From contig OZ316894.1 in assembly GCA_973895155.1 (NCBI GenBank), positions 6,658,234-6,722,233 on the forward strand: a stretch of DNA of 64,000 nucleotides. Reading direction: 5' to 3'. Made by a program: the position numbers and the translations under genes. Under the pieces are notes generated by a model. That model searched no databases, was not told the DNA's origin, and was given only the letters and a program-made list of their open reading frames with translations. The stretch is from Marsupella aquatica (taxonomy: Eukaryota; Plantae; Marchantiophyta). Shown piece by piece: positions 11,017 through 23,310 of this stretch; the stretch's first letter is position 1, and the number at the start of each line of letters is the position of its first letter.

Positions 11017-13620
11017 CTAGCCCAATGTTTGTGTGTTGCACGAAGATGTAGAGATTAGAAAAAGATATTGAGGTGAGAAAAATATGTTGAGGTGAAAAAA
11101 TTATGTTGAGAAGAGAAAAACATTTTGAGGTGAGGAAAAGATGTAAGTTGAGGAAACTTAAGAAAAAATGTCAAGGCGCGCAAGGCAAAGATATTGATTG
11201 AGGTGAGATAAGGTAGGGGAAAAGATGTTCAAGTGAGAAAATATGTGCTGGCCAAAAAAAATATGTCAAAGGAGGGGCAAAGACAATGAGTTTAAAAAAG
11301 ATGTTGAGATAAGAAAAATGTCAAGACGCAACAAGATGTCGAGACAAGGCAAAGATGTCAAGGTGAAGCAAGAAAATATGGGCTTTGCAAGGTAAAAATA
11401 GAAGTATGTTATGTGTCATTTCAGCCATATAGCTGTTGCAACTATGTCAAGGCATTGAGGTGAGGCAAAGATGCTAACTAAGCAAGACAGTTTAGATATT
11501 GTCCATGGCTAATTTAACATTCTTTATGAAACTTGAGGGTGCCTTTGGAACTACTATTGTTTTACACAATCTGGGAACTTACTCTATCCTTCCATAGAAG
11601 AGAGTAAGTAGAGGCCAAACCATTTGTGACCTGGTTGATATATACCATCAATAGGCATGGAGCGAGCAATGTACGTTCATGCCATTTGCAGAGCTCAGGT
11701 GCCAATGGTTAATTGTTGGTTGACAAGGACCGAAAGAGTCTTCGATTCGCCGGTACAGAACCTCATCTTAAATACAAGAGAACCGGCTTGCTCCATACTT
11801 TTGGGTTGCCTGAAACTCCAAGGCCTGGGATACCAACCGGGGGTCAGGTTCGCTGTCAGATGTTTTTTTGCCAAACACTTTTGACCTTTCACCTTCGCCC
11901 ATTTTAATTTTCATGACCTGGGACGGGCTACGCCTTTCCAATTCTGATATTCTACGCTCGAGTGTGTCAACTCTCTGAGTGAGGAGCGACAGCACCCCAT
12001 GGTCCATGCTGTCTGGAGCCTCAAACTTGTTTTAAAGTTTTGATTGATATTTGTGGCATTGATCATCCCTCTCGAAAATGAAGATTCAAAGTAGTTTATA
12101 ATTTACTTAGTATCGACTATAATACGCGCATACATATATTAACAGGTGTGGATGAAATCACTCCAATTTGTTGAATTCATTTTGGGTTAATCCTATATCC
12201 TTTCTAAATTGGTCGAGGATCCCTTCTATCATAGCTTTACTTCCACCCATGAAAAAAGATGAATAAACACAGATTTTGACAGGACCCTTTTTATAAACAT
12301 GGGCTTTACCATTTCGTTCGAACTCTCTACATATACACTCCCATAGTCCCTCACCCTCAATGGCTATTTGTAGAGCCTCCAAAATTTTTGGATAGAGGCC
12401 TATGACGATGGAGGTATAACAACTACGTCGAGATCGATAATTAATTTTTTCTCCCCATTTAGGTACTTACCTAAATGAGAATATACTTCCTGTCTAAGGA
12501 TACGTTTTGTATTATTTATGGAGGACCCATAGCTAATGGGTAAAATTCTAGGGGATGTACCCATTGACTTATATGCGTAATGAGGCAAAGATGTTGAGGT
12601 GAAGCAAAAATGTTGAGGAGAGGCAAAAAAATGCACATGAGCCAAAGAAATGTAAACAATGCAAAGAAATGCAAGTGAGGTCATACAAATATCACAGTTT
12701 AGGCAATGTCATAAGATTCATCTCATGTACTCTTGATTTAATATGAAGAGAATTAGTTCGTGGACCCCCACCTGTTTTTATTCGATTAGTGGACTACTAC
12801 GTTGAGCTTCAGTGATCTGCTAGAGTAGTTGAGGTCGATCAGTCCTTATCGATCTTCTCAATGTCCTTATCGATTCTCTTTGCTTCTCCTTCTTTCTGCT
12901 CGATCTATTTGTTTCTGATTAAGATGTGCTGCGCCTCTTTTCTATCCTCGATCAGTTCTCATTTTTCCTTTCTTCATTCGGCTTCTGATCTTTTTTTATT
13001 TTGTTTCTCCAACATTCCTCTTTACTTTGCACTTCAAGAGGCAAAACTCCTTTCGAGCTTTCCTCTTTTCATTACTTTCATCAAAAGCCTTCCTCCCTTT
13101 CGAAATGTTGATGTGCTTCTTTTGTTCTGACGGTTCTATTTCGGTAGTTACACAGGAATACGGTTACTGTTTACGTTGAACACTATTTACTTTTATAAAA
13201 AAACATTTATAAATTTAAGTAAAGAGAATATGGGTGAATGTTTTTAATCTCGCCCTTTGTATTAATAGATTTGGATGAACTTTTATTTACTTTTACATTA
13301 TGTTTTGATGGCATGGCGTCCATAAAATTACACGAAAAGTGACGTAAACAAGATGGAGAGGAGTTTATTCGTTGCGCAAACATGACCATTCTTGTTTGTT
13401 GCGGTTGTTGCTGACGTGGCACGCTGTGGTGCCAAGAATTTTGGAAGGAACCTCTAGTGGGGTCCGTAAATATATCATTTGAAAGTAGTGATCAATCAAT
13501 CCAATAGTGCACAATTTTATTTTTTAAAATTGATGGCTCAGGTCTAGGTTTATTCCCTCCATTCTCAATTTTGTCAACAGACTAAAAGCTTTTTGGGGGA
13601 TAACATATTACAGAAGTAGA
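11017..13620 (-). mobile_element. Non-autonomous Helitron-like element with captured fragments
   Basis: On the minus strand: 5' end A^TCTACTTC at 13620 and 3' end CGTGCAACACAC...GGGCTAG^T at 11042-11017 (decayed CGTGCAACGCACG hairpin plus CTAG). It sits in an AT site inside a (TA)n run with no TSD. Internal GATGTTGAGGTGAG-type repeats at 11040-11480 and 12580-12690. Confidence 0.6.
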
Positions 13621-13949
13621 TATATATGCTAGATTAGTGCACCAATGCAATAGAACTATACCATCACCATGGCACACTATGTCTCCCTTGGGCCATGCAA
13701 CTATGACATACTCGCTTTCATGACATACTCGCTTGCCGCAACTATGACATACTCACTTTCATGACATACTCGCTTTCTTGCGGCACCGCATATTTATCCG
13801 TGCTAACTCTCACCTTCTCTGATAGCAATGCATGGAATAGGGACTCTAAAATACTTAATATCCGTGATAGCACTCCTTGATGATAGCATTGGAATAGGGA
13901 CACTCCAATTACATATTGGCAGTTGATTGGGTCTTCTACGTCAGCCTGC

Positions 13950-14610
13950 CACAGTGCCACGAACTTGAAGTTCATAATTATCCCTAAGAAAACCGAGTCA
14001 GTCATTTCCACGCCAGCTTGCCACGAACATGAAATCCATATCCAATACAAAGTGCCACGAACTTGCATGAAGTTCATAATTATCCCTTAGAAAACCGAGT
14101 CAGTCATTTCCACGGCCAGCTTGCCACGAACTTGCATGAAGTTCATAATTATCCCTTAGAAAACCGAGTCAGTCATTTCCACGGCCAGCTTGCCACGAAC
14201 GTGAAATCCATATCCAATCCAAAATTCGAGTGATTGGGCTGTACATAGTGACAAAGCAAACTGGACCCCACCAGAGTGAAATCCATATCCAATCCAAAAT
14301 TCGAGTGATTGGGCTGTACTTAGTGACAAAGCAAACTGGACCCCACCAGATTGGGCTGTACATAGTGACAAAGCAAACTGGACCCCACCAGAGTGAAATC
14401 CATATCCAATCCAAAATTCGAGTGATTGGGCTGTACGTAGTGACAAAGCAAACTGGACCCCACCAGAGTGCCGCAAGCACACATGAAGCCCAGGGTATAT
14501 GGTGAACCACCCTATGCCCTCGAGGGGGAATTAGTTGTTTGTTCACTCTGGGCTGTACATAGTGACAAAGCAAACTGGACCCCACCAGAGTGCCGCAAGC
14601 ACAACATGAA
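13950..14610. repeat. Tandem modules upstream of peptide gene B (e.g. ttgggctgtacatagtgacaaagcaaactggaccccaccagag x5-6; gtcagtcatttccac x3)
   Basis: Directly visible repeats. Fewer copies, in reverse orientation, lie upstream of paralogues A (6540-6900) and C (25060-25280). Confidence 0.9.
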
Positions 14611-15967
14611 GCGAAATGTATTTAGCACAAGGAAAACTGTCACATGCCCCCGGTAGGAAATCAATTTATCCTACTTACCCAGCTTGATATTAGTGTTCTT
14701 AAATCTACTTACAAAAAAGACAATCCTAGAGCATGTGTAATTTCCATTGGTAATGAGTCGGTTTTTGCCAATTCTCTTGTGTGTAAAAAGGAATTTGTAA
14801 ATTTACCTACAAACACTAAAACTGCCCACGAATCTTCAACCAGAGCATCAATTTGGGCTACAAAAATTGTCTCAAAGAATTGTAAATGGGTAGTGATGCA
14901 TGAATCATTACTTAGAACAGTCTACAGTAACAACACAAGTTCCTTTGTCCCTCTTTAAAGTCCCCAAAGACATCCTCAAGAATTATTACATAACATACTG
15001 AGAAATTTAACTGGGAAATTTAATTCCCTGCAGCAACATGGGAGTTCCACTTTAAATCAGAACTAGGCCAGGAGAAGCTCATGTTTTCAAAAGTGGGAAA
15101 GTGTGCAGTTCTACCACTTTGCCCGTTCTCCTACTTTGTTGTTAAAATGATAGGAGAAACCTCAACAAAAAATGGGAGTATGTCCACATATATGGGAAGG
15201 GAGTAGATCTGCCTTGTGTATTGAACCTGCAGCCTGCATGTGCGCTCGAAGGGGAATGAGTGTTTGTTCACTCTGGGTTGTACATAGTGACAAAGCAAAC
15301 TGGACCCCACCAGAGTGCCGCAAGCACACATGAAGCGCAAGCAAGCGCAGGGTATTTAATGAACCAGCCTCTGCGCTGAGGGGGAGTAGTTGTTTGTTCA
15401 CTAGCTATTTGTTTGGACTCTGCGCTCAAGGGGCCATTACTTGTTTGTTCACTACTTAGCTGTTGCATAAGTTTGGACTGTGCGCTCAAGCATTAGTTGT
15501 TTCACTACCTCGTTGTTGCGTAAGTTTGGATCGAGTTTTCAGCCATCTTTGGAGATCGCGCGTGGAGAGCTACAGACGGGACTACCTTGCTTGACGTGTT
15601 CCTGGGAATCGTGAGGCTGGAGGGTGACCAATTTTCAGTTTCATTGCTCTTGCACGCACCAGTAAGGCTCTCCTTTGCTCTCAACAACATTTGTGACAAT
15701 GCTTCGGTCATGCATGCTAATTGAGATCATTCGTCGGATGCAACCAGTTTGAATTAGGATGAAAAGAGAATTTAGTTTAGGAAGACTTTTCTGGGGTGGA
15801 TATTGTAGAGCTTGTGTATGGATCCCAATCTTGCGATTTTCTTTTCAGGCCAGCTACCTTGTGTATGGATCTAAATCTTGCGATTTTCTTTTCAGGCCAG
15901 CTACCTTGTGTATGCATCTAAATCTTGCGATTTTCTGTTCAGGCCAGCTAGAAGACAAACAAAGAAG

Positions 15968-16690
15968 ATGACGGCTTTTCATCTCAAGCGCTTGAGTTTT
16001 CTTGGCCTCCTCAGTATCATTTTGTGGGCAGCATGTTTCCAGCCCGCTGCTGTGGCCTCAAGAAGTGAGTTTCACTGCAATGTTCATGCATTCCTTTCAT
16101 TTACTATCTCTACCTACTGGACGACATATTGGTCGTTGCTCGATTTCCTACTTGTATTGGTAAAACAAAATGCGTGGGAAGATTCTGCCTGTTTGTAGCT
16201 AGACTGACATTTATTCATTTTCTTTTTGCTAACTTCTTACTTCCACACAGATGGCTTCCAAAGCTTTATGGGCCAGGAGGACTACACACCACCTGAAACG
16301 CATCCTCCTGCTCCAGACTCCGCCCCGGACCAGGAGGACTACACGCCACCTGAAACTCATCCTCCTGCTCCAGACTCTGCCCCGGACCAGGAGGACTACA
16401 CTCCACCTGAAACGCATCCTCCTGCTCCAGACTCCGCCCCGGACCAGGAGGACTACACACCACCCGAAACGCACCCTCCTGCTCCAGACTCTGCTCCGGA
16501 CCAGGAGGACTACACACCACCCGAAACGCACCCTCCTGCTCCAGACTCTGCCCCGGACCAGGAGGACTACACACCACCCGAAACGCATCCTCCTGCTCCA
16601 GACTCTGCCCCGGAATTTGCCAAAACTTGGACTGAGATCGTAACCTCTAGTTCAAGCTTTCCCTTTGTCCAGAAGCCCCTAGCAAATTAA
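15968..16690 (+). CDS. Paralogue B: secreted precursor (~178 aa) with six tandem RGF/GLV-like DYTPPETHPPAPD modules; exons 15968-16064 and 16251-16690
   Basis: Hydrophobic signal-peptide exon MTAFHLKRLSFLGLLSIILWAACFQPAAVASR. GTGAGT donor at 16065, branch GCTAAC at 16228, CAG acceptor at 16250; the phase-1 join gives N-GFQSFM in frame. 57-bp repeats start at 16280, 16337, 16394, 16451, 16508 and 16565 and differ mostly at synonymous positions. Confidence 0.8.
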
Positions 16691-17340
16691 CACCCAAGCC
16701 TATCACATCGATCCATTCGTTGAGGGTGCATGAAGGGGGACAGTGGAGTCAGAAAGGCTAGGACGCTTGACATGGTTGGCTTCATATATTCCACGCAGGC
16801 CACGAGAATGGAACTTCATGGTGTTGGATCTAGCAGGATTGTTAGAAGTGTTCACATCGAGCTAGTCTTAGTTTATAATTCCTAGGTCCCCTTGTGTTAC
16901 TTGAATTTGGCAAACTACAATAAGACTTTGACTGAAACAAAGAAATTAAAAAGCTGTATTCATTGCTCGAAATGATTTTGTGGTATGCTTTAGTAGTTTA
17001 TGTAGGTGTGCATGCCCGACGGTTTTGTGATTTATGTGAAGATATACCACGTTAGTTTAGTGCACTTAATTTGTCGCAGTACATCTCGGCAATGTGGTTC
17101 TGCTTTCCACACTTCTCGGTGGATACTTCAACGAACATCCGTCCATGATGTGCATGTGATTAACTATGGTGGTCAAAGCTTCTATTTGAAGATCTAGGAG
17201 AGTTGACACTCCACCTTGAGTGCTCACCGTAAACAATTTACTGATATATTGTCAAGAAAGTGTACGTGCATATATTCTTTTTCCACTCTCAGTGATGAGT
17301 GTGCAATCTCATAGTGATTGTGCAGCTTCAAAGACTTGTA

Positions 17341-17700
17341 GGTTATGGGCCTATATCAGTTTTGCTGGGCTGTACGTTGTGTCAAGTATATATCTAGTTT
17401 TGATTGCATCCTACGCTTCTGTCCGCTGTCCAATTTTCGTCGAATGTTTTGCTTCAAAATGTGACCATGCGGACACATTTTTCCTCAAAACAGTCATCTG
17501 ATGGAAGGCTAAACTCGAGGGTGGCCACAACTACAAAATGAAGCTGCAAACATCTATACTATGTACGTGGCCTCGTGATAGATATTGATATTTGCAGCTA
17601 GAGCGTCTTCGTTCGGTCAAAGTCACGCAGCTACTGCTCGTACTATCATCATCGTAACTAGTTGTCTTCTTCATACACATTCAAGAGACCTTGCTTGGAG
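17341..17700 (+). mobile_element. Second short Copia 5' remnant (PBS plus gag start)
   Basis: GGTTATGGGCC at 17341 followed by KLEGGHNYK at ~17510, resembling the gag start of the element at 1215. Confidence 0.45.
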
Positions 17701-20189
17701 CAGGTGTCCACGTACGTCCAGCGCAGCTTTGTACATTGCCTGGGAGAAATTGAGCAAGTCCTAATCTTCTGAATGTCTCATTACCATTATGCTGTGTATA
17801 TATATAGTAGCTGCGTATACAGCATTTCATCGTCTTACTTATACTGTCGTTGAAAACGTCGTCCAAGATAAGATTTAATTATGCACATGTTATCATCGCT
17901 TGATCCGTGAATTGTGCTCCTAGCTGTTGAAAATGTCACCAGTCAAAACAAGGTTTAGCTTAATATTCTTTTATCTCCTGGCGTGATATATACTTCTATA
18001 CGTCGAACATTGCGCTGTAAATAAGAGAGATCCAGCAGCTTCGACCTGATCTTGATGTCGACCTTCCTTCGTTAGAGTCTCTTATGCTAGCTGGGGTTTT
18101 CCGCCGGGGTTTTCTGGCTTGCATGCGGGCTTGCATGTAAATACTTTACTCAAACTTACAATGAATGCCAAAAAAAGAACACCCTCCTTGATCACTACTG
18201 TATATGTATATACGCGCGAAACACAGGGTCCACCTCCCAATCTCCTTAATGATTTACATTATTGATCACGCTGTCAAGCAAAGCCTTAATTGTCTTTTGT
18301 TTAATGTTAACTAATGACCTCTGTATTGCCAAGTTGCTGACCCTTAGTACCTACCTACAATCTGTGAGATGGGAAGATATATATATATATACGCATTAAT
18401 CTGAAGAAGTTCTTCATGAGAACTATCTTCAAAAGGAGAAACTCTTCTTCCCACGAGAGATTTTTACAGGTTGGTCGATCCCTATGTTTGCAATCTCGGG
18501 ATTCTAGTTCTGGCACTGGCCCATGCTTCTTACGTTCACTGACCCTGCAGTCCTGAGCTTGTCACGTGACTTCATTCCCAACCTAAGAGTATTATTTTAT
18601 ATATGATATGATTTTAATCTAGCCGGGTCACTTCTACAAATGTTGATATCATATGCAAACCGCCCCTTTTATTCATTTTAGGGAAGCACCTAGAAGTAGA
18701 AGAGGAAGTAAGGGGTTGACAATTCAAAATGTGCCACTTGTCATCACATAATTCATTATTTGCCACATGTCAATAAATTATTGGTAGGTTTTTTGAGATT
18801 CCTATTCCTTTAGAGATAGTGGTTAAATAAGGGCCTTCGGACAAAGATATACAACAATTTCATGATATGAACCCCAAGAGATTTTAATCATTGAAATGGT
18901 ATGTGTTTCGAACCAATTCTTACAACCTATGCTCCAAACTGGCTAAATTAGTAACCCCTCCCCAAATCAATATAATTATAATCTGGACACGTACCATTTC
19001 ATGTAAGAAGGTAAGGCAGCCTCGGGTCGGGCCTCATCTATTGGCTCACATGTGGTGAAGCCCTGTTGGCCCCAATTTACTCTGCAAAAATGCCCTGAAC
19101 CACCGAGGGACGCCTTCTTCCCCTCATTGCACTCCCCTCATTGCACAGTGAGGAAGTAAATTGTTCAAGGTTGACTGTTCACTAGCTAGGCTCAATGACC
19201 TAGTCCTCACAGGCTTAGCAACCCGCTCTAGGGTAGTTGACCCTTCTTCATTAATATATAATTTCTGCCATCAGTGCGATGCGAACGCCCCTACTATATA
19301 ACCCACCCCCTTCAAACGAAGTGGAATCTCAAAACAAAGTACCAATCATGGATAGACACATGGCCATACAATGTCGATCATATTTCAGATCTGATTGAGC
19401 TTCAGTACGTTAGTTTCTTCAATTTCATTATTTACATGCAGCTATAAGCTAACCTTCTATCTTTATTAGTATGTGAGAGTGTGGGTCTCTGAAGAAATCC
19501 ATTTATACCCTGATGGACATGTTGCAGGCTTAGGATACCTAGGATATTGTTGTAGCTAGCCAACTTAAATAACTACAGTTCAGAATGTACCCTCAGAAAG
19601 TAAGATTACATAATTATACCCTAGCCCTAGATTAGCTGCAGATTTACTCTTTTGAAAAGTACCAGCTATAGCTAGAACTAATCAGAAATACACATATAAC
19701 AAACTGCTTTTCTTGGTGTTGGCGTGGATTGACTGGCCTGGAAGCAGGCAGGTTCCAGGCCGCTATTATTTTCCTGGGTGGGCGAAGTAAAATCCTAGAG
19801 GTTCGATCATCGTGGACAAGCTAGGGGTCAATGATGAGCTAGTACGTACTGGCGGGACTGACTGCTGGGCACAATCAGGAAGAAAGAAAAATTAGACTTA
19901 GTCTTAAGAAATAGGAAGGCGAATCTGAATTTGACTTAATTTGTTAGATGGATTTCAAGGTTCCACTTTCTACACGGACCTGCTATACATATATATATAT
20001 AAGCTCTACCGATGTAGCTAAGTTAAGAACCTCAGCCTTTGTGTGGAAGGCTTGCAGCAAATAAGTATTCCGCTGTTGAAACCGTGTTTAATAGATCTCT
20101 GCAGCTCTGAGAAATTCAGTCAGCTGTAAAGTTCATGAGAGCCAAAACGGGTGGTTCCATGCACATATAGCAAAGAGTCTTTACTGAAT

Positions 20190-21390
20190 GAACTTACAGT
20201 TACAATGGCCCTTGCGAATATGGCTCTAGCTGCCATGAGACGTAAATCCAGCTCTTTTGCGAAACATCCAGAGATACGGTCCTCCAAGGGAGTATATATA
20301 GAAGGGAATTTAGCTTTTTCGTTGACAGTTTGGGGAACCACTCGCTTCCTCATTCATCCATTGTTTTTCTTCTTTAAGTCAGTGTCAATTTTTGTGATAT
20401 CATCCATGACGGTCCCGCTTGCCTTGAACTCTGCAGCTGACTTTATGTGCGCTCAGTTATATGCCCAACACCAGACACATACATATCAGAAAAGTTGGAA
20501 AGAGAAATAGGTTGGGCCAATTAGTAGGTGTGCTCATTCTAAAAGAAACTTTCCGAACAGCCAACCTATGGAAAGCTCAAGGACCGACCAACTCCCTCAA
20601 CCCTATCTTTCCGGCCGGCTTATTTTAACAGAGATAACCGCTAGGTATGGACAGTTGTCAATCGGCCACGTTTTGTCTGCTTCTCTAAATCTGATCATCT
20701 GAATCAAGTAGATCTTCACCGTCCAATTTGGACCATTGATAGACACACAAGTGTATTTAGTGAGGACGTGTGTTTGCTGATTATGCTTTCCAGCTGTACA
20801 GTGAGTGCCGCGGGTACGCGCCTCCTCCTTTGTTTGAATTATTTTCTCACCATCGGGCTCACCATGTACACCACCCTGTATTCTGAACGGGTTTGTAGCG
20901 CATATATATGCTCAACTCTGAATCTATTCGTGTGTAAACGCCAGCTATCTCTTTGTTCACATCTCGTGCTCATTTGTGCTTTAGCTCGCATAGTTGACAA
21001 CAGTCCATGAAGAGCCCTCCTAACTCTCAGATGTCATGCCTGCTTTCAGAGCAGAGAAGTTCTTACCAAGAGTCTATCAGCACAGCCGCAAATCGTGATG
21101 AAATTAAAATACTCATTATTCTTCCATTGACTGACAAAACTTGCTGTACAGTGACTTCTGAACTACAGCAACAGCCCTACTTCGCCAGCCGGGCCGCTAC
21201 TGCTCTAGTTAAGCTGGCCCTAGCTCCTGCCTTTGCTACCTGGCCCTCTTCCCAATCACAAGCCTTGCTTCCTCCACGACCCTAGCTATGCATGGACAGT
21301 CAGCGCCCGCCCTTAGTACCTTGTCACTCGATCATTGGGGCTTATATGTAAAAACATTCAGGCCACTTTTCCAGGAATACTGGATCTGGG
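20190..21390. repeat. Copy 3 of the triplicated ~1 kb block, interrupted by a solo LTR
   Basis: Colinear with 185-1160 and 9300-10060 except for the insertion at 20656-20999. Confidence 0.85.
20656..20999. mobile_element. Solo LTR (344 bp)
   Basis: Ends TGTCAA...TTGACA; 5-bp TSD ACAGT at 20651-20655 and 21000-21004. The empty site gACAGTcca is visible in the paralogous block at ~9742. Confidence 0.85.
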
Positions 21391-23310
21391 ATCATTAGTG
21401 TGATTGATCTCGGACGTTAGCAGTGAAAACCTTAGATGTGAATACTCTACGTATCATGTGAGAACAAAGTCAGGGATATTTTGTTCACTTAGAGAAGGTC
21501 TTATATAGGAGTACAGAGGAATTCAGTGAGAGGCGGGTAAGAGGGTAACCATTCAAAATTAATGCCACGTGCATGTTATCACACGATCCATCATACAGTC
21601 ACTATGTGTCTATCCATGATTGGTACTGTCTTTCTTTTGACATTCCATTTCGTTTGGAAGGGGTGGTTTAGCAGGGGCGTTCGTACAGCATGGATGGTAG
21701 AAAACATAGATTAAGAACGTCAACTACCCGAGATAGGTTGATAAGGCTGGGAGGACTAGGTCATTGAACTTAGTGAACAGTCAACCTTAATTGGACAATT
21801 TACTTCCTCATTTTGCAATGAGGGCCGGGAAAGAAGGCGCCCCTCCTGGTTCAGGGCATTTTTGCAGAGTAAATTGGGGTCAACAGCGCTTCACCACATG
21901 TCAACCAATCGATGAGGACCGACCCGATGTTGCCTTCTCCTTACACGAAATGGTGTCAAGAGGATTATTATATTGATTTGGGGAGGGGTTAGTAATTTAG
22001 CCAATTTGGGGAAAGGTCAGTAAAAAATGGTTCCAAACACATATGATTTCAATGATTAAAATCATATATGTAGTAATACTCCTGGATTGGGAATGAAGTC
22101 ACGTGACAAGTTCTGGACTGGTCATGCAGTGAACGTAAGAAACATGGGTCAGTGCTAGAACTAAAAATCCCGAAATTGCAAACATAGGAATCGACCAACC
22201 TGTAAAAATCTCTCGTGGGAAGAAGAGTTTCTCCTTCTGAAGATAGTACTCATGCCGGGTTCTCATGAAGAATTCTTCAGCTTAATGCTAGCTTACAGTT
22301 ATCTTCCCATCAATCTCACAGATTGTAGGTACTAAGTTTCAGCAACTTCGCAATACATAGGCCATTAATTAACATTAAAACAAAAGACAAGCTAGGCTTT
22401 GCTTGACAGCGTGGTCAATAACGTCAATAATTAAGGAGATTGGGAGGTGGACCCCTGTGTTTTGTATATACATATACAGTAGTGATCGAACGAGATGTTC
22501 TGTTTTGGCTTACAATGAATGATTTTTTGGCTTACAATGAAGCTGCTTCATCTCTCTTATTTGCAGCGCAATGTTCGACGTATACCGCGCTAGAAGTATA
22601 TAACAAGCCTTGTTTTGACTGGGGACATATTCAACGGGTTGAAGTCACTGGTAAGCACCTCTTGTATAATAAGCAAAGCCCGAAGCAAAGGTTACATCAT
22701 TATGAACTAAAAAGTTGATTATAAGAAAAATTAAAATTTCAATAAACTTGGGTAGACTGCCGAACTACACGAGAACCATATGAAGCTGCATTATGACCAG
22801 CATAGTTAATCACATGCACATAATGGACGGCTGTTCATTGAAGTATCCACCGGGAAGTGTGTGAAGGAGTAGGACATTGCTGAGATGTACGTACAGCAAC
22901 AAGTGCACTTTAACCGTGATATATGTGTTTATACATAAATCACAAAACTCTTTGGTCAGGCACCGACATACACTAGTCAAGCAGACCACAAAATCAATTC
23001 GAGCAAGGAATACAGCTTTTTTATTTCTTTGTTTCAGCCAAAGTCTTATTGTTTGCCAAATTCAATCAACGTACACAAGCGGAGGTAGGAATTATAAACT
23101 GAGACTCTGCTCGATGTCAACACTTCTAAGAATCCTGCTAGACATAACACCATGAACTTCCATTGTCGTGGCCTGCATGGAATATATGAAGCCAACCATG
23201 TCGAGCGTCCTAGCCTTTCTGACTCCCCTGTGCCTTCGTGCACCCTCCAGGAATGGATCGATGTGATGGGCTAGCTTGGGAGCTAATTAGCTATGGGCTA
23301 CATCTCATAG

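Noticed and set aside
16229-16643. Alternative-frame and antisense ORFs over the 57-bp repeats (RTRRTTHH..., VVCSPPGP..., RFGWCVVLLV...)
   Set aside because: By-products of a stop-free repeat. Only the DYTPP frame joins the signal exon in phase and shows synonymous-biased variation.
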